DNA of 64,000 nucleotides from an uncultured archaeon (GCA_964558645.1 CAZLEV010000002.1:288001-352000), one strand, 5' to 3'. Positions 1-10,268 are shown, counted from the stretch's first letter. Notes: generated by a model not told the origin, from the sequence alone. Made by a program: numbers and translations.

Positions 1-1167
1 GTAGCGGGTACGTCTCTTAATGGAAACACTCTGGAATATGATGATGACATGGCTGGTGAACTCGCATTAGAGATGGAAGCTGAGCCAAATGCAGGAAGTA
101 GCATTTCTGTCCGATTCAGATGCCCTTCCGCCGAGTTCACTCTCGAATCCATTATGCCGAGAACGCCAATTCGCCGTGAAGAACTGATTGGTCCTGACGG
201 ATTTCATTCAACGAAACTGGATATCAGTCTATACGAAATTGGCGTCTTCATAGATATAAGATGGTTGAGCAATGGGTCTGCATCGGTCTATGCAGCTCTT
301 GACATTGATGACTCACAGTACTCTTTAGTTGGCATTGTTCCTCGTATGATGAAACCGGAATGGGTCGACACCCATACATTCTATGTGAATCAACCAGAAG
401 TATTGGAATCCCTAACACAAGAACAGCTACCTTCAACGTCATTGGTCATAAGACAGACATCACAATCAAAAGACAATCCTGAATCGCATCGGGTGTTGCC
501 TGCATACTTCCCTCCTTCAGAGCCCCGGGTGTATTGTGTAGTGCACGAGGTGTTTTTTGACGACAACAATAGCGTCCCGGAGCAGGTCGGATCATGGTGC
601 AAGTCGTACAGCTGGGTTGATTACTCCGTGTACCGAGAAGATGTATCGGAAGCTCAAATCAAGAGTGACCTCCAGTTCTACAATAAGAAGCACTACACCA
701 TTGACTACAAGTCTAGGATACTGGGGGCCTATGAAATCGACACCCATGGGAATACGGACGTATCCGAGCCCGACCGTCCGTTGCTGACCTTTGACGGAGG
801 GGAGATTACTCCCTCTGAAGTAGTGAATCTCTGGGGGCCCTATTCGTCAGACTACTATATACGTCCTGATAGTGCTATTGTACTGGCATCTGCCTGCAGA
901 AGCCTGCGCGACGGGGGTATTTCAGATGTTTCAGAGATGGGTGATGCATTCATCGACTATGGAGCAAGTGCGTATATTGGCTCTACGCTAGACACCCCTG
1001 TTGAGATGGACGAGTGGACCGAGGAATTCTGGTGGTCGCTCACCTATGAAGACGAAACGATAGGTAAGGCCATAGGCGATGCGAATCTCGCCATCGGCTG
1101 GCAGTCTACATCAAGTAAGATTCAAGTGTACCTTCCTCAATACAAATCGCGGAGTATGCCAAACTAA
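1..1167 (+). CDS. 5'-truncated protein with a C-terminal caspase/gingipain (C25/CHAT)-like domain
   Basis: The frame is open from base 1, so the start probably lies outside the window. DTHG and LASACRS motifs followed by AFIDYGASAYIG..FW resemble the His/Cys dyad of the caspase-hemoglobinase fold. Confidence 0.5.
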   Translation, partial: VAGTSLNGNTLEYDDDMAGELALEMEAEPNAGSSISVRFRCPSAEFTLESIMPRTPIRREELIGPDGFHSTKLDISLYEIGVFIDIRWLSNGSASVYAALDIDDSQYSLVGIVPRMMKPEWVDTHTFYVNQPEVLESLTQEQLPSTSLVIRQTSQSKDNPESHRVLPAYFPPSEPRVYCVVHEVFFDDNNSVPEQVGSWCKSYSWVDYSVYREDVSEAQIKSDLQFYNKKHYTIDYKSRILGAYEIDTHGNTDVSEPDRPLLTFDGGEITPSEVVNLWGPYSSDYYIRPDSAIVLASACRSLRDGGISDVSEMGDAFIDYGASAYIGSTLDTPVEMDEWTEEFWWSLTYEDETIGKAIGDANLAIGWQSTSSKIQVYLPQYKSRSMPN

Positions 1168-1746
1168 ATGATGCAGTTTCGTATTTCTCTTTCATCCATT
1201 CTCATGTGTACGCTGCTTCTCGCAATGTATCAGTCTGCCACATATCTGACCATGTACAATACAACGTCCACTGATAGCGACTCCCCTCTCCAGCTGTTCG
1301 CGCCGACTACATTGGTCATGCACCACGGGATTGAGACCCCATTTCACATCGTGCTGAGGAGCAACTACAATGAGAACCTAATCGTGTCCATAGATGTCCA
1401 CCAAGATAGGTCGCCCCACGAGGTCGTACCCAGCAGACCTATATCCGACGTGCAATTGGCAAATCACTCGACCGCTGCCGTGATGCTCACCTTCACTTCG
1501 CACCTAGACGAGTTCGCCCTCACAGACCACTACCTCCCATTCAGTGTAAGCACATCCATCTTCCTGATAGCACACAGTCAAGACCCAGTTCCGCAGTCCG
1601 AAAACGTTGTGGTGTCGGTGACAATTCTCGTCTTCAGAATGAGTCCAGTCCTATTGCTATCATTGGGCCTTGGGCTGGCTGTCTTGGCCCTGATTGGGAT
1701 AGGGCGTGTTGTCATCTTCCCTCGCCGCTCGGTAAGCAAAGAGTAG
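1168..1746 (+). CDS. Secreted, membrane-anchored hypothetical protein
   Basis: N-terminal signal-like segment, C-terminal TM helix and basic tail; abuts the upstream stop codon. Confidence 0.6.
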   Translation: MMQFRISLSSILMCTLLLAMYQSATYLTMYNTTSTDSDSPLQLFAPTTLVMHHGIETPFHIVLRSNYNENLIVSIDVHQDRSPHEVVPSRPISDVQLANHSTAAVMLTFTSHLDEFALTDHYLPFSVSTSIFLIAHSQDPVPQSENVVVSVTILVFRMSPVLLLSLGLGLAVLALIGIGRVVIFPRRSVSKE

Positions 1747-1778
1747 AGCCTACCTCCTGAGAGCTGGGGGCGGTGCGG

Positions 1779-2978
1779 CTATCTCTCTGCCTGCACGCGC
1801 TTGATTTCCTCAATAAGGTGGGGTACAACATCAAAGAGGTCGCCAACAATTCCATAGTCTGCGAATTCGAAGATTGGTGCTTCTGGGTCTTTATTGATAG
1901 CGATTATTAGGTCTGCCGAAGAAACTCCAACTTTGTGCTGCACTTGCCCCGAAATCCCCAGCGCAAAATAGAGCTTGGGGCAGATGGTCCGCCCGGACTG
2001 ACCGACCTGCTGGGCTGGTGGGAGCCACCCCGCGTCGACGATGGGTCGCGAACCGCCCACGGCCGCGTCGAGCAAGTCTGCGAGTTTCCTGGGCAGTTCT
2101 AGATTGGCGGGGTCCTTGATACCGCGCCCGCTGCAGACAACCACGTCAGCCTCCTCGACGGATTTCATGCCCTCGCCGACCTGCTTGACCTTTTCGAGTA
2201 CCCTGGTCCGCACCTGGACCGGGCTGATGGTGACCTCCACCTTCTCGATCTCGCCGGTGCGCGAGATATCTGGCTCGCTGGGTTTGAAGACATTCGGTCG
2301 AACCGTGGCCATCTGGGGTCGCGTATACGGACACAGGATCTCGGCCATGATGTTACCGCCGAAGGCTGGACGTGTCTGTACCAGTTGTCGTTCATCATCG
2401 ATATCGAGTCCGGTGCAGTCTGCGGTGAGTCCCAGTTCGAGTCGCGCGGCGACGCGTGGAGCAAGGTCACGTCCGTTGCTCGTGGCACCGAAGAGCACGA
2501 CAGCTGGCTTTCGGGGTGCGATGAGTGACGTCATGGCGATGGCATAGGCATCGGTTGTGTAATCTTCGAATATCGCATTATCAACCACGATGACCTTGTC
2601 GGCGCCCTGATGGATGAGAGAGTCTGCGAGGTCCTCAGTCCCGTGGCCGATAAGAACAGCAACGAGGTCCTCGCCCAGCTTGTCAGCTAGCACTCGACCC
2701 TCAGTGACGAGCTCGAAGGCGACACCTTTGAGCCTGCTATCCGCGGTCTCACAGAAGACCCAGACATTCTGATACTCTGCGAGTTTGTCCTTGTCAACTG
2801 TCTTCCGCTCGATCTTGATGGCGTCGACGGGACAGACCTCTTCGCATGAGCCACAGAGGACGCACTTGTCGAGGTCGAACTTGACCTTGTCGCCGTCCTT
2901 CTCGATAGCAGCGAAGTTACAGACCTTTGGACAGAGCATGCATCCGGTGCAGACATCTTTCTTGTAGATGAGAGTCAT
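1779..2978 (-). CDS. etfA: Electron transfer flavoprotein alpha subunit with an N-terminal 2x[4Fe-4S] ferredoxin domain
   Basis: Two CxxCxxCxxxC motifs; TADCT, RPAFGGN, QVGQSG, GISGQVQH and AINKDPEAPIF signatures. Confidence 0.95.
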   Translation of the reverse strand: MTLIYKKDVCTGCMLCPKVCNFAAIEKDGDKVKFDLDKCVLCGSCEEVCPVDAIKIERKTVDKDKLAEYQNVWVFCETADSRLKGVAFELVTEGRVLADKLGEDLVAVLIGHGTEDLADSLIHQGADKVIVVDNAIFEDYTTDAYAIAMTSLIAPRKPAVVLFGATSNGRDLAPRVAARLELGLTADCTGLDIDDERQLVQTRPAFGGNIMAEILCPYTRPQMATVRPNVFKPSEPDISRTGEIEKVEVTISPVQVRTRVLEKVKQVGEGMKSVEEADVVVCSGRGIKDPANLELPRKLADLLDAAVGGSRPIVDAGWLPPAQQVGQSGRTICPKLYFALGISGQVQHKVGVSSADLIIAINKDPEAPIFEFADYGIVGDLFDVVPHLIEEIKRVQAER

Positions 2979-2981
2979 CGG

Positions 2982-3770
2982 TTAAATCGCCCCCTTCTCT
3001 GCGAGAAACGCAACGAGCTGCTTGGCAGCCTCTTTTGGTGGGACATCTTCCAGTTTGATACCGCCCTTCTTTCGCTCCGGTGGAAAGACCTTCCTGACCT
3101 GTGTGGGTGAACCCTTGAGACCTATTTCGTCCTCGGGAATGCCAAGAGTCTCAGAGTCAATCTCCTCCAGGGGTTTCTTCTTAGCTTTCATGATGCCCAT
3201 GATGTTGGGTAGCCGTGGCTCATTGAGTCCCTTGTCAGCAGTGATAAGGACTGGAAGTCTGGCCTTGATGACTTCGTATCCCTCATCTGTACCCCTGTGA
3301 CATGTGATGTGCTTGCCGTCTTCACTGATCTCGACCTTTCGAACATAGCATATCTGAGGGATTCTGAGCAGCTCCGCAATCTCAGGACCAACTTGAGCGG
3401 TATCACCATCAATAGCCTGTTTGCCACAGATGACAAGGTCGTAGTCCATCTTCTTGATCTGTGAGGCAAGAGTGAGCGCGGTGGCCCATGTGTCCGCTCC
3501 GGCAAAGGCGCGGTCTGTCATCAGAATAGCCTTGTCGCCGCCCATGGCCAGAGCCTTGTACAGTGCGTCCTTGGCCTGTGGGGGGCCCATTGTGATAATG
3601 GTGACCTCGCCGCCATGCTTCTCTCGTAGCCTGATGGCCTCCTCGACAGCGTACTCGTCGAAGGGATTAAGGATGCTCGGTACTCCTTCACGAATCAGAG
3701 TCCCTGTTTCTTGGTCGACCTTTACCTCGGTGACCTCAGGGACCTGCTTAACTGGTACAATGATCTTCAA
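2982..3770 (-). CDS. etfB: Electron transfer flavoprotein beta subunit
   Basis: VKQVP, NPFDEYAVEEA, GADTWAT and GKQAIDGDTAQVGP motifs; directly upstream of etfA. Confidence 0.96.
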   Translation of the reverse strand: MKIIVPVKQVPEVTEVKVDQETGTLIREGVPSILNPFDEYAVEEAIRLREKHGGEVTIITMGPPQAKDALYKALAMGGDKAILMTDRAFAGADTWATALTLASQIKKMDYDLVICGKQAIDGDTAQVGPEIAELLRIPQICYVRKVEISEDGKHITCHRGTDEGYEVIKARLPVLITADKGLNEPRLPNIMGIMKAKKKPLEEIDSETLGIPEDEIGLKGSPTQVRKVFPPERKKGGIKLEDVPPKEAAKQLVAFLAEKGAI

Positions 3771-3955
3771 TGTGTTTCACTCCGAGGCGTGGTCTGTACA
3801 CGAGTCGAGTCCTGAGATGACTCAGTTATAAGCAATACGTCATCGGAAATCTTCCCTGTTCCGACTGATGACTGTGTTTGTACGCAATCCTTTTATTCGG
3901 GGAACCGTCGATTAGGCACCAGTCTAACACAACCATATAGGGTAGTGAAGTCAAA

Positions 3956-4300
3956 ATGGGCAAAGAGAAGTTTATTGGTGCGCTCATATTCATATTAGCA
4001 CTGTTAGTGATGATTTACTACGTTTGGGGTCTCCTTCTCCTGCAGATTGAGCCCACCAAATCCATGATCGAGGGGTGGGTCCTCTCGTTCTCCAGTCAGG
4101 GAGATATCTTGTACTCCATATTCCTGCCGGACCCGATGTTCCTGGTAACCCTCCCGATCTTGGTTGGCGCGGCCCTAGTCTGCATCATTGCCATGTGGAT
4201 TGGCTGGACAATGATTACGACCCCAGCACCCGAGCCACTCGAGGACTTCGATTTCGATGAGGAAGAGATCGAAGAACCAGAAGTAGAGAGCACCGAATAG
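3956..4300 (+). CDS. Small two-TM membrane protein with an acidic tail
   Basis: Two hydrophobic helices, WIGWTMITTPAP motif, E-rich C-terminus. Confidence 0.75.
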   Translation: MGKEKFIGALIFILALLVMIYYVWGLLLLQIEPTKSMIEGWVLSFSSQGDILYSIFLPDPMFLVTLPILVGAALVCIIAMWIGWTMITTPAPEPLEDFDFDEEEIEEPEVESTE

Positions 4301-4325
4301 ACCTCAATCATATTGCGTGATTATC

Positions 4326-4348
4326 GAGTTGGGCTAGATGCCCAACTC
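4326..4348. terminator. Inverted repeat between convergent genes
   Basis: gagttgggc-tagat-gcccaactc forms a perfect 9-bp stem. Confidence 0.5.
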
Positions 4349-4356
4349 ACCATATC

Positions 4357-4560
4357 TTATTCTGTATGAGAATTCCGGAACCTGTGTGACTCTCCTCCCT
4401 TGTTCTCCAACCTCTTCGTCAACACCATTCTCGTCTTGCCCAGTTCTCCGACCAGTTTCAGGATGGACTGAATGACACCAGTAGGAGTATAATCGGGAGG
4501 AGAGAAGACCGTCAACGAAGCGAATCTGATTCTGCGTCGGATTGACTCTCTTGCTGACAC
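4357..4560 (-). CDS. Small hypothetical protein
   Basis: 67-aa ORF whose start overlaps the phosphohexomutase stop codon. Confidence 0.4.
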   Translation of the reverse strand: MSARESIRRRIRFASLTVFSPPDYTPTGVIQSILKLVGELGKTRMVLTKRLENKGGESHRFRNSHTE

Positions 4561-5912
4561 TATGTGCGTGAGAGTGCCTCTTTGATGAGACCTACACCCT
4601 TGTCACACAGATCCTCAGCAGTGCTCTTGGTCTTCCCTTCCGCAAAGCATCGCCAGAGAGGCTCTGTCCCAGAGGGACGCATGAGCACCCAGCCATCGTC
4701 AAACATAAGCTTCACACCATCCAGAGTGATGCGATCCATGTCCTTGGTCAGCCTCATGAGTTCAGCGAGAACCAGCTCCTTCTGTTCTGCCTCCATGTGC
4801 ACCTTGGTCTTCGCACTGTGGTAGCTGGGCAGCTCCTTAACCAGTTGTGAGAGAGTCTTCTCTTCACGTGCCATGATCTCGACAATCTGAGCTGAGGTCA
4901 TGGCGCCATCTCTCACGGACTGATGGGGAGGATAGAACACACCACCATTCTCCTCGCCTCCGAGATCGGCATCAATCTCTTCCAGCCTGTGGGACACAAT
5001 CACACTTCCAACTTCGGTCCAATCAATCGATGCGCCTCTGCTCTTTGCAACATCCTCGATCAAGCGACCGCTGCTCACAGGTGTGACCAAAACTGAACCT
5101 TTCTTGAGGACGCGACCTGCGATGATGGCAAAGGACTGGTCACCCCACAGGATCTCACCATGCTCATCTACAAAAGTTGCCCGGTCCGCATCACCATCAT
5201 GGGCAATTCCAAGGTCTGCTCCCACAGACTTGACCGTGCGGGCAAGATCCTCAAGATTCTTGGGAATGGGTTCTGGATCCCGACCAGGAAACCGGCCATC
5301 AAGCTGGCAGTTCAAGGAAAAGACCTTGCAACCAAGTTCTCTCATCAGAATAGGTGTTGCTAGTGAGCCCACACTACACGCTCCATCGACCACTACCCTT
5401 AGTCCTCGCTTACGGATAGCATCTATGTCAACATGGGATTTTATGGCCTTGATGTATTCACGTATTGCCCCGTCATAGAATTGAACATCACCAATCTCGT
5501 CCCAGCCCGCGACGCGAAACTCTTTGGAGAAATAGACCTTCTCGATCTCTCCCTCCAGCTCTCTCGGGACCTCAATACCACTTGCACCCATGACCTTGAT
5601 CCCATTGAACTCTGGGGGATTATGAGAGGCGGTTATCATGACACTACCTACACAGTCCAGTCGGGGTGTCATGAACTGGAGTGTTGGAGCTGGAGCAGGG
5701 CCGATGTCAACCACGGAACACCCTGTGGAAACGAAACCTGCAATTGCTGTCAGTTTGAACATCTCGCCACCCATCCTCGAATCATGTGAGATAGCAACTC
5801 TTCCGGGACCCAATACCGTTCCAACTGCTCGAGCCACATCCAGTGTCAGCTGCACCGTGAACTCATCATTGATGGTTCCACGAACTCCGTTGGTTCCAAA
5901 CAGACGTCCCAT
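4560..5912 (-). CDS. glmM: Phosphoglucosamine mutase / phosphomannomutase family protein
   Basis: FGTNGVRG, catalytic TASHNP, DGDADR, GEENGG and RPSGTEP motifs; substrate specificity is uncertain. Confidence 0.85.
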   Translation of the reverse strand: MGRLFGTNGVRGTINDEFTVQLTLDVARAVGTVLGPGRVAISHDSRMGGEMFKLTAIAGFVSTGCSVVDIGPAPAPTLQFMTPRLDCVGSVMITASHNPPEFNGIKVMGASGIEVPRELEGEIEKVYFSKEFRVAGWDEIGDVQFYDGAIREYIKAIKSHVDIDAIRKRGLRVVVDGACSVGSLATPILMRELGCKVFSLNCQLDGRFPGRDPEPIPKNLEDLARTVKSVGADLGIAHDGDADRATFVDEHGEILWGDQSFAIIAGRVLKKGSVLVTPVSSGRLIEDVAKSRGASIDWTEVGSVIVSHRLEEIDADLGGEENGGVFYPPHQSVRDGAMTSAQIVEIMAREEKTLSQLVKELPSYHSAKTKVHMEAEQKELVLAELMRLTKDMDRITLDGVKLMFDDGWVLMRPSGTEPLWRCFAEGKTKSTAEDLCDKGVGLIKEALSRT

Positions 5913-6041
5913 TGTACTTCGCCAAGTGTTCAGCAGGCGTACTTGGTCTTAAGGCTCACGCTCTTACTAGGAATCCACTTTCTCATGTCTGCATATCATG
6001 ACTTAAGAGGTAGGCGGCCACACTCAACCAAGGTTTGCCAC

Positions 6042-6590
6042 ATGCCTCTATTTGGACGTCGAAAGAGCGAATATGACCAAGCTGCAGAACTTATCACAAA
6101 GGGCGAGATAGACAAGGCCATACCGATTCTTGAGAGGGTGATCGCCAAGGGACCTACTCACACTAATGCACGGGTCGCCCTAGCGGTGGCACTGCTTGAG
6201 AAACAGGATAAGGCAACACGAGAAACAGAGGATACCCAGAAGGCCTTCAGACTGCTCGACGAGGCCGCTGAATTGGCACCGGATGACCCCGTGCCCCTCT
6301 TCAACAGAGGCGTATGCCTGCGAAAGCTGGACGAGCCAGAGGCGGCGCTTGAAAGCTTTTCCGCAGCACTAGATGTACATGAGCAACTTCCTCTCGCTCT
6401 TCTCCATATGGCCGAGATCAACTACGAACTGGAACGGTGGGACCAAGCCATCGACCTAGCAAGGAAAGCTCTGGTCATGGACCCCGGGTTTGAGGCCTCC
6501 ATGGACTGGGTGCGAGATGCCCTGCGCAAGGCTGGCAAACTGGATGAAGGCAAGAACATCATCGAGAAAGATGCCTCACCAGATGAATAG
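6042..6590 (+). CDS. TPR repeat protein
   Basis: Several TPR-like helical pairs; ATG at 6042 preferred over the TTG at 5943. Confidence 0.85.
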   Translation: MPLFGRRKSEYDQAAELITKGEIDKAIPILERVIAKGPTHTNARVALAVALLEKQDKATRETEDTQKAFRLLDEAAELAPDDPVPLFNRGVCLRKLDEPEAALESFSAALDVHEQLPLALLHMAEINYELERWDQAIDLARKALVMDPGFEASMDWVRDALRKAGKLDEGKNIIEKDASPDE

Positions 6591-6669
6591 ACTTAAATTG
6601 GCTCCTCCATCGCTTCTGCCCTGTCTGGAGTCCTCATAAGCGACTCCGTCTACCATTTAGGTGAATACC

Positions 6670-7080
6670 ATGTCCACTCGAGGAGAACCGATGTATCGCG
6701 GGCATAAACTAGAGGACCTAGCCAAGATGAGTATGGACGAACTCATCGAACTGCTCCCCGCGCGCAGGCGCCGCACCCTCAAGCGCGGCCTGCCCCCACG
6801 ACAGAAGAAACTCCTCAGAAAACTCCGCGATGCGCGCAAGGCCACTCGTAAGGGCAAAGACGTGGTTGTTCGGACGCACTGCCGTGATATGGTCATCCTG
6901 CCTGAGATGGTGGATCTGACCATCGCCATTCACGACGGGCACGAGTTCAAACGCGTCAAGATAATTCCTCAAATGATTGGACATGTATTGGGAGAGTTCT
7001 CCCCAACTGGCAGAGAAGTAAGGCATGGTAGCCCTGGAATCGGCGCTACAAAGAGTTCTGCGTACGTGCCGCTGAAATAA
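6670..7080 (+). CDS. rps19p: 30S ribosomal protein uS19, archaeal type
   Basis: YRG..L..M..ARRRR.L.RG, VRTHCRDMVILPEMV, IGHVLGEFSPT and HGSPGIGATKSS.YVPLK; SD-like AGGTGA at 6659-6664 precedes ATG 6670. Confidence 0.97.
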   Translation: MSTRGEPMYRGHKLEDLAKMSMDELIELLPARRRRTLKRGLPPRQKKLLRKLRDARKATRKGKDVVVRTHCRDMVILPEMVDLTIAIHDGHEFKRVKIIPQMIGHVLGEFSPTGREVRHGSPGIGATKSSAYVPLK

Positions 7081-7114
7081 AGCGGAAAGACGAACTTTTA
7101 GTAACTTCAAGGGG

Positions 7115-7162
7115 TTATGAGTACTTCTTTCTCTTGCCTTGTTCTCAGTATGGACCTTGTCC
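7115..7162 (-). pseudogene. Decayed 3' tip of a homologue of the 10408-11061 gene
   Basis: gtacttctttctcttgccttgttctcagtatggaccttgtcc aligns with gtccttctttctcttcttcttccgctcagtgcgtgccttatcc at about 20792-20834. Confidence 0.6.
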
Positions 7163-7419
7163 AGTTGATAGGTTCCGATTTCCGCAGACCACTTCTCCGA
7201 TTCCCTCGGTTTCCTCCTAGGTGTCTACAACCACGAGACAGTCTGGATTGTGTGAAGGATGATGCCTTTGCCGTTCACTTCTTGACGAAACGGAATATCA
7301 GTGAGTGTCCGGTTACGCTTATAACCAATTGACCCTAACTTCTCCTGTTGGTGGGATGTTTCTATGGTAAAGGAACTATCCAAGGCCGCGAGGTCAGGAA
7401 TTGAGGAGGTAACAAGAAC

Positions 7420-7698
7420 TTGCCATTTCCAGCTTTAGAAGACCTACTTGACGAACCGCCGGAGAGCTTCCCCAGTAGATCCAGTGTCAAGATTCTTCGT
7501 GGAAAGACCTTGACTAGAATCGGCAAGTGGCACAAAGCAGCTGTTCTCGTCGATTCGGGTGGGAAGAAACAGCTTAGACTATATGGTTGGCGGAAAAGCA
7601 AGGAAGGTATATGGAAGGTCATTCAGAAATTCAATGTGTCCAGAGGTTATGCAGCAAGAGTTGGGGCCATACTGGATGCATTTGCCATAGGTGAGTGA
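7420..7698 (+). CDS. Small basic protein, possibly PC4-like nucleic-acid binding
   Basis: LRLYGWRK..G.WKV..KFNV pattern; SD-like GGAGGT upstream; overlaps the next ORF (GTGA). Confidence 0.55.
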   Translation: MPFPALEDLLDEPPESFPSRSSVKILRGKTLTRIGKWHKAAVLVDSGGKKQLRLYGWRKSKEGIWKVIQKFNVSRGYAARVGAILDAFAIGE

Positions 7699-8885
7699 CA
7701 AGGATGACTTCGGATTCCGAACAGGAATCTTATCGTATTCTTCCAGACTGCGAATACTGGCTCGAGATGCAGATAAACCCCGAAACAGTCTTGAAGAAGC
7801 TCAATTCCGAAAGGGAATTCAAAACAATCGGCAAATTCAAAGCATCAGACTTGTCCGAGTTCTTTGAAGCTAACATTGACGGATCCACGTCCCATATTTC
7901 CAAGAATGATCTAGTTGCTCTGATTATAAGAAGACATTCTGATCTTAAGAACACCCTTCTCGTCCTAGCCCAGTACTCGCGTCATGTGAGCAAGAAGGCC
8001 TTACAAGAATACTGTATGAAGAAGGACTTGAACGGGGGAAGTAGAACTACAGTCCAGTTGGCACTGCTTCTTTTCAACAATGCACCGGAAGTTCTTCGAG
8101 AAGCACGCGTTGCCAGTATGGGCTATAGAATTCGAACCTGTTACAATTTCATAATCCCTAACAACCTGGTGATTAGGAGAATCAATGAAGAGAGCGCAAC
8201 TGATGAGCTATCGGAGCTAATAGAGAACGAGCTGTCAACCGCTGAGAAGAGAGTCAAGTTGGTAGAACACCATATTGATGACACACGAGAAACTTATCGG
8301 CTCTTCGTGAAATACGAAAATCATGAGGAAAAGGTTGTTGAATGGGATAGCGCGTTTTGGGTGAAGCCCATAGATTGGATTGTTATTGACTATGATACAG
8401 ATTCCGGATTTCTCGACATTCGTTGTAGAAACGGGGCAAGAGCTAGGAACATGGTTTTGCTTTTGTCGCGAATCACAACAGGGCACGACGATGCATTTGA
8501 AACACAAGCAGTTTATGACTGGAGCGATTCTTTAGAGATACATGAAGTGGAATTAGAGTCAGACAAGTTTGAAGTCTTGGATCACGATATCAGAAGAATC
8601 AGTGTAGAAAACGCGCCTCTATCGAATCGTCCTAGTTTCGTTATCCGGGGAACCAAACTCAAGAGGGCGCTAGATGAGCTAGCGGAGAATCATGACTTTA
8701 ACCTCCTATCGGGAGCAGATATCAGATCATTGGATATTAAAATCAAGTTCGAATATGATGGCGTGACTGACGAAACGACTATCCGTTTGAACAGAGATAC
8801 TGAGAAGCTTGTAATGACAAAAGAAACAAATGAACAAGCGAAAAGGCATCTGATCGCTTACATTGGGAAACTCCTTACAGGTTGA
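7695..8885 (+). CDS. Hypothetical protein, putative defence operon gene 2
   Basis: 396-aa ORF with lower GC; translationally coupled on both sides. Confidence 0.7.
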   Translation: MTRMTSDSEQESYRILPDCEYWLEMQINPETVLKKLNSEREFKTIGKFKASDLSEFFEANIDGSTSHISKNDLVALIIRRHSDLKNTLLVLAQYSRHVSKKALQEYCMKKDLNGGSRTTVQLALLLFNNAPEVLREARVASMGYRIRTCYNFIIPNNLVIRRINEESATDELSELIENELSTAEKRVKLVEHHIDDTRETYRLFVKYENHEEKVVEWDSAFWVKPIDWIVIDYDTDSGFLDIRCRNGARARNMVLLLSRITTGHDDAFETQAVYDWSDSLEIHEVELESDKFEVLDHDIRRISVENAPLSNRPSFVIRGTKLKRALDELAENHDFNLLSGADIRSLDIKIKFEYDGVTDETTIRLNRDTEKLVMTKETNEQAKRHLIAYIGKLLTG

Positions 8886-10268
8886 ATGACTTTGCAACTC
8901 AGTCTGCCACAAATGAGTCTGGTTTCAGATGTGTTCTCGGCGCATAATGCAATTGGATACTCCGAGATTGTTTCTAAAGGACATGAAATCACCGTAATCA
9001 GAGAACTCGTAGAAGCCGGCATACTTGAAAAGCGTCTGAAACCAGAGATTCCTTGTCCTGCTTGCAATCGTACGATGGGGATTAGACTTGATATCGGATA
9101 TACATGCACAAGCTGTGGTCGAGTAATCCTACTCGAAGATGACCATCTTCTTGAGCACTCCACCTATCGAGCATCTGTACAACATCTTGTCAAAACCATG
9201 AGGAATCACCTAGTCAACGAAGGATTCAATCTCATCTCAACCGAAGAGAGCAGAATTGCAGGTGTGTATGCAATCGGTCGAATTCAGAGCGGTTCCGAGG
9301 GTGAACTTGATTTGGTGCTGCTTGCAAAACCTCTGAGTACAACGACCTTGTCCGCACTGCTAGGTGATGCAATTGCACATAGTACGAATACAGCGGTGTT
9401 TATCCCATCCAGTGAATCAGGTTTCGAACGCTCTCAAAGCGAGCTCATAGCCTTTCCCAAATTGCTCACAATGGATTTGCCCCTATTTGGTCAAGAGCCC
9501 ACAATGAGAAATCTGGAACGCTTCCTAAGCCACTCGGCCTTTCTCTCATCAATTATTGCATCCATTCGGGAGGTCACTGGGAGTGATCAGAGCCTGTTTA
9601 TGACACGGGATGAGGTTCAGTTCCTTGAAAATGCAAGAAGACTCTCCCAGACTGGGAGAAAGAGATTCGAACCGATAGCATTGCGACTGCTTCAACCTCT
9701 TGGGATAACCTCCCGGTTTAAGGCGGGAGGTTATGGCCCGGATGGTATGCTGTACCTCCCTGATGAGTTCTACATTGTTGATGCAAAATCAACCGAGTCC
9801 CAGTTTGAATTTAGAGTTGAGGAACGTGACAAAATTCATCGTTACATCCGTGCAATCGAAGACAATTGCGATTTCCTAGGAGAATATGGCTTCTCAGGAG
9901 AAATCATTGTCACCCCTTCCTTGAAGGAGCCGCACTCTGATACGTTGGATAAGGTAGAGGAGTACTTCTCAAAGAATCCGATTAATGGTCGCTTGGTCAT
10001 CATCTCCTCCGACGCGTTAATAGATTTGCATCGTAGCATTTTCGCTGACTTGGAGTATTTTCATCGGCTCCAACCAAAGCATCATGTCAAAGACCTTCTA
10101 AGTGGCCGACTGTCAGTTGATCCAACGGGTGATTCCCCCCAATTCCTGCATGTTGTCTACGTTGGCGAGGAAACAATGCAGAGATTCTATAGTTTGGTAT
10201 TAGATTCGCCGGCACTGAGCATGCGTAGCGTTTCATATCTCGACAGTTGGATTGAGAGTGTCTACTGA
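8886..10268 (+). CDS. Zn-ribbon plus PD-(D/E)XK restriction-endonuclease-fold protein
   Basis: CPAC...CTSC near the N-terminus; FE...GPDG..(x)..IVDAKS catalytic motif. Confidence 0.75.
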   Translation: MTLQLSLPQMSLVSDVFSAHNAIGYSEIVSKGHEITVIRELVEAGILEKRLKPEIPCPACNRTMGIRLDIGYTCTSCGRVILLEDDHLLEHSTYRASVQHLVKTMRNHLVNEGFNLISTEESRIAGVYAIGRIQSGSEGELDLVLLAKPLSTTTLSALLGDAIAHSTNTAVFIPSSESGFERSQSELIAFPKLLTMDLPLFGQEPTMRNLERFLSHSAFLSSIIASIREVTGSDQSLFMTRDEVQFLENARRLSQTGRKRFEPIALRLLQPLGITSRFKAGGYGPDGMLYLPDEFYIVDAKSTESQFEFRVEERDKIHRYIRAIEDNCDFLGEYGFSGEIIVTPSLKEPHSDTLDKVEEYFSKNPINGRLVIISSDALIDLHRSIFADLEYFHRLQPKHHVKDLLSGRLSVDPTGDSPQFLHVVYVGEETMQRFYSLVLDSPALSMRSVSYLDSWIESVY

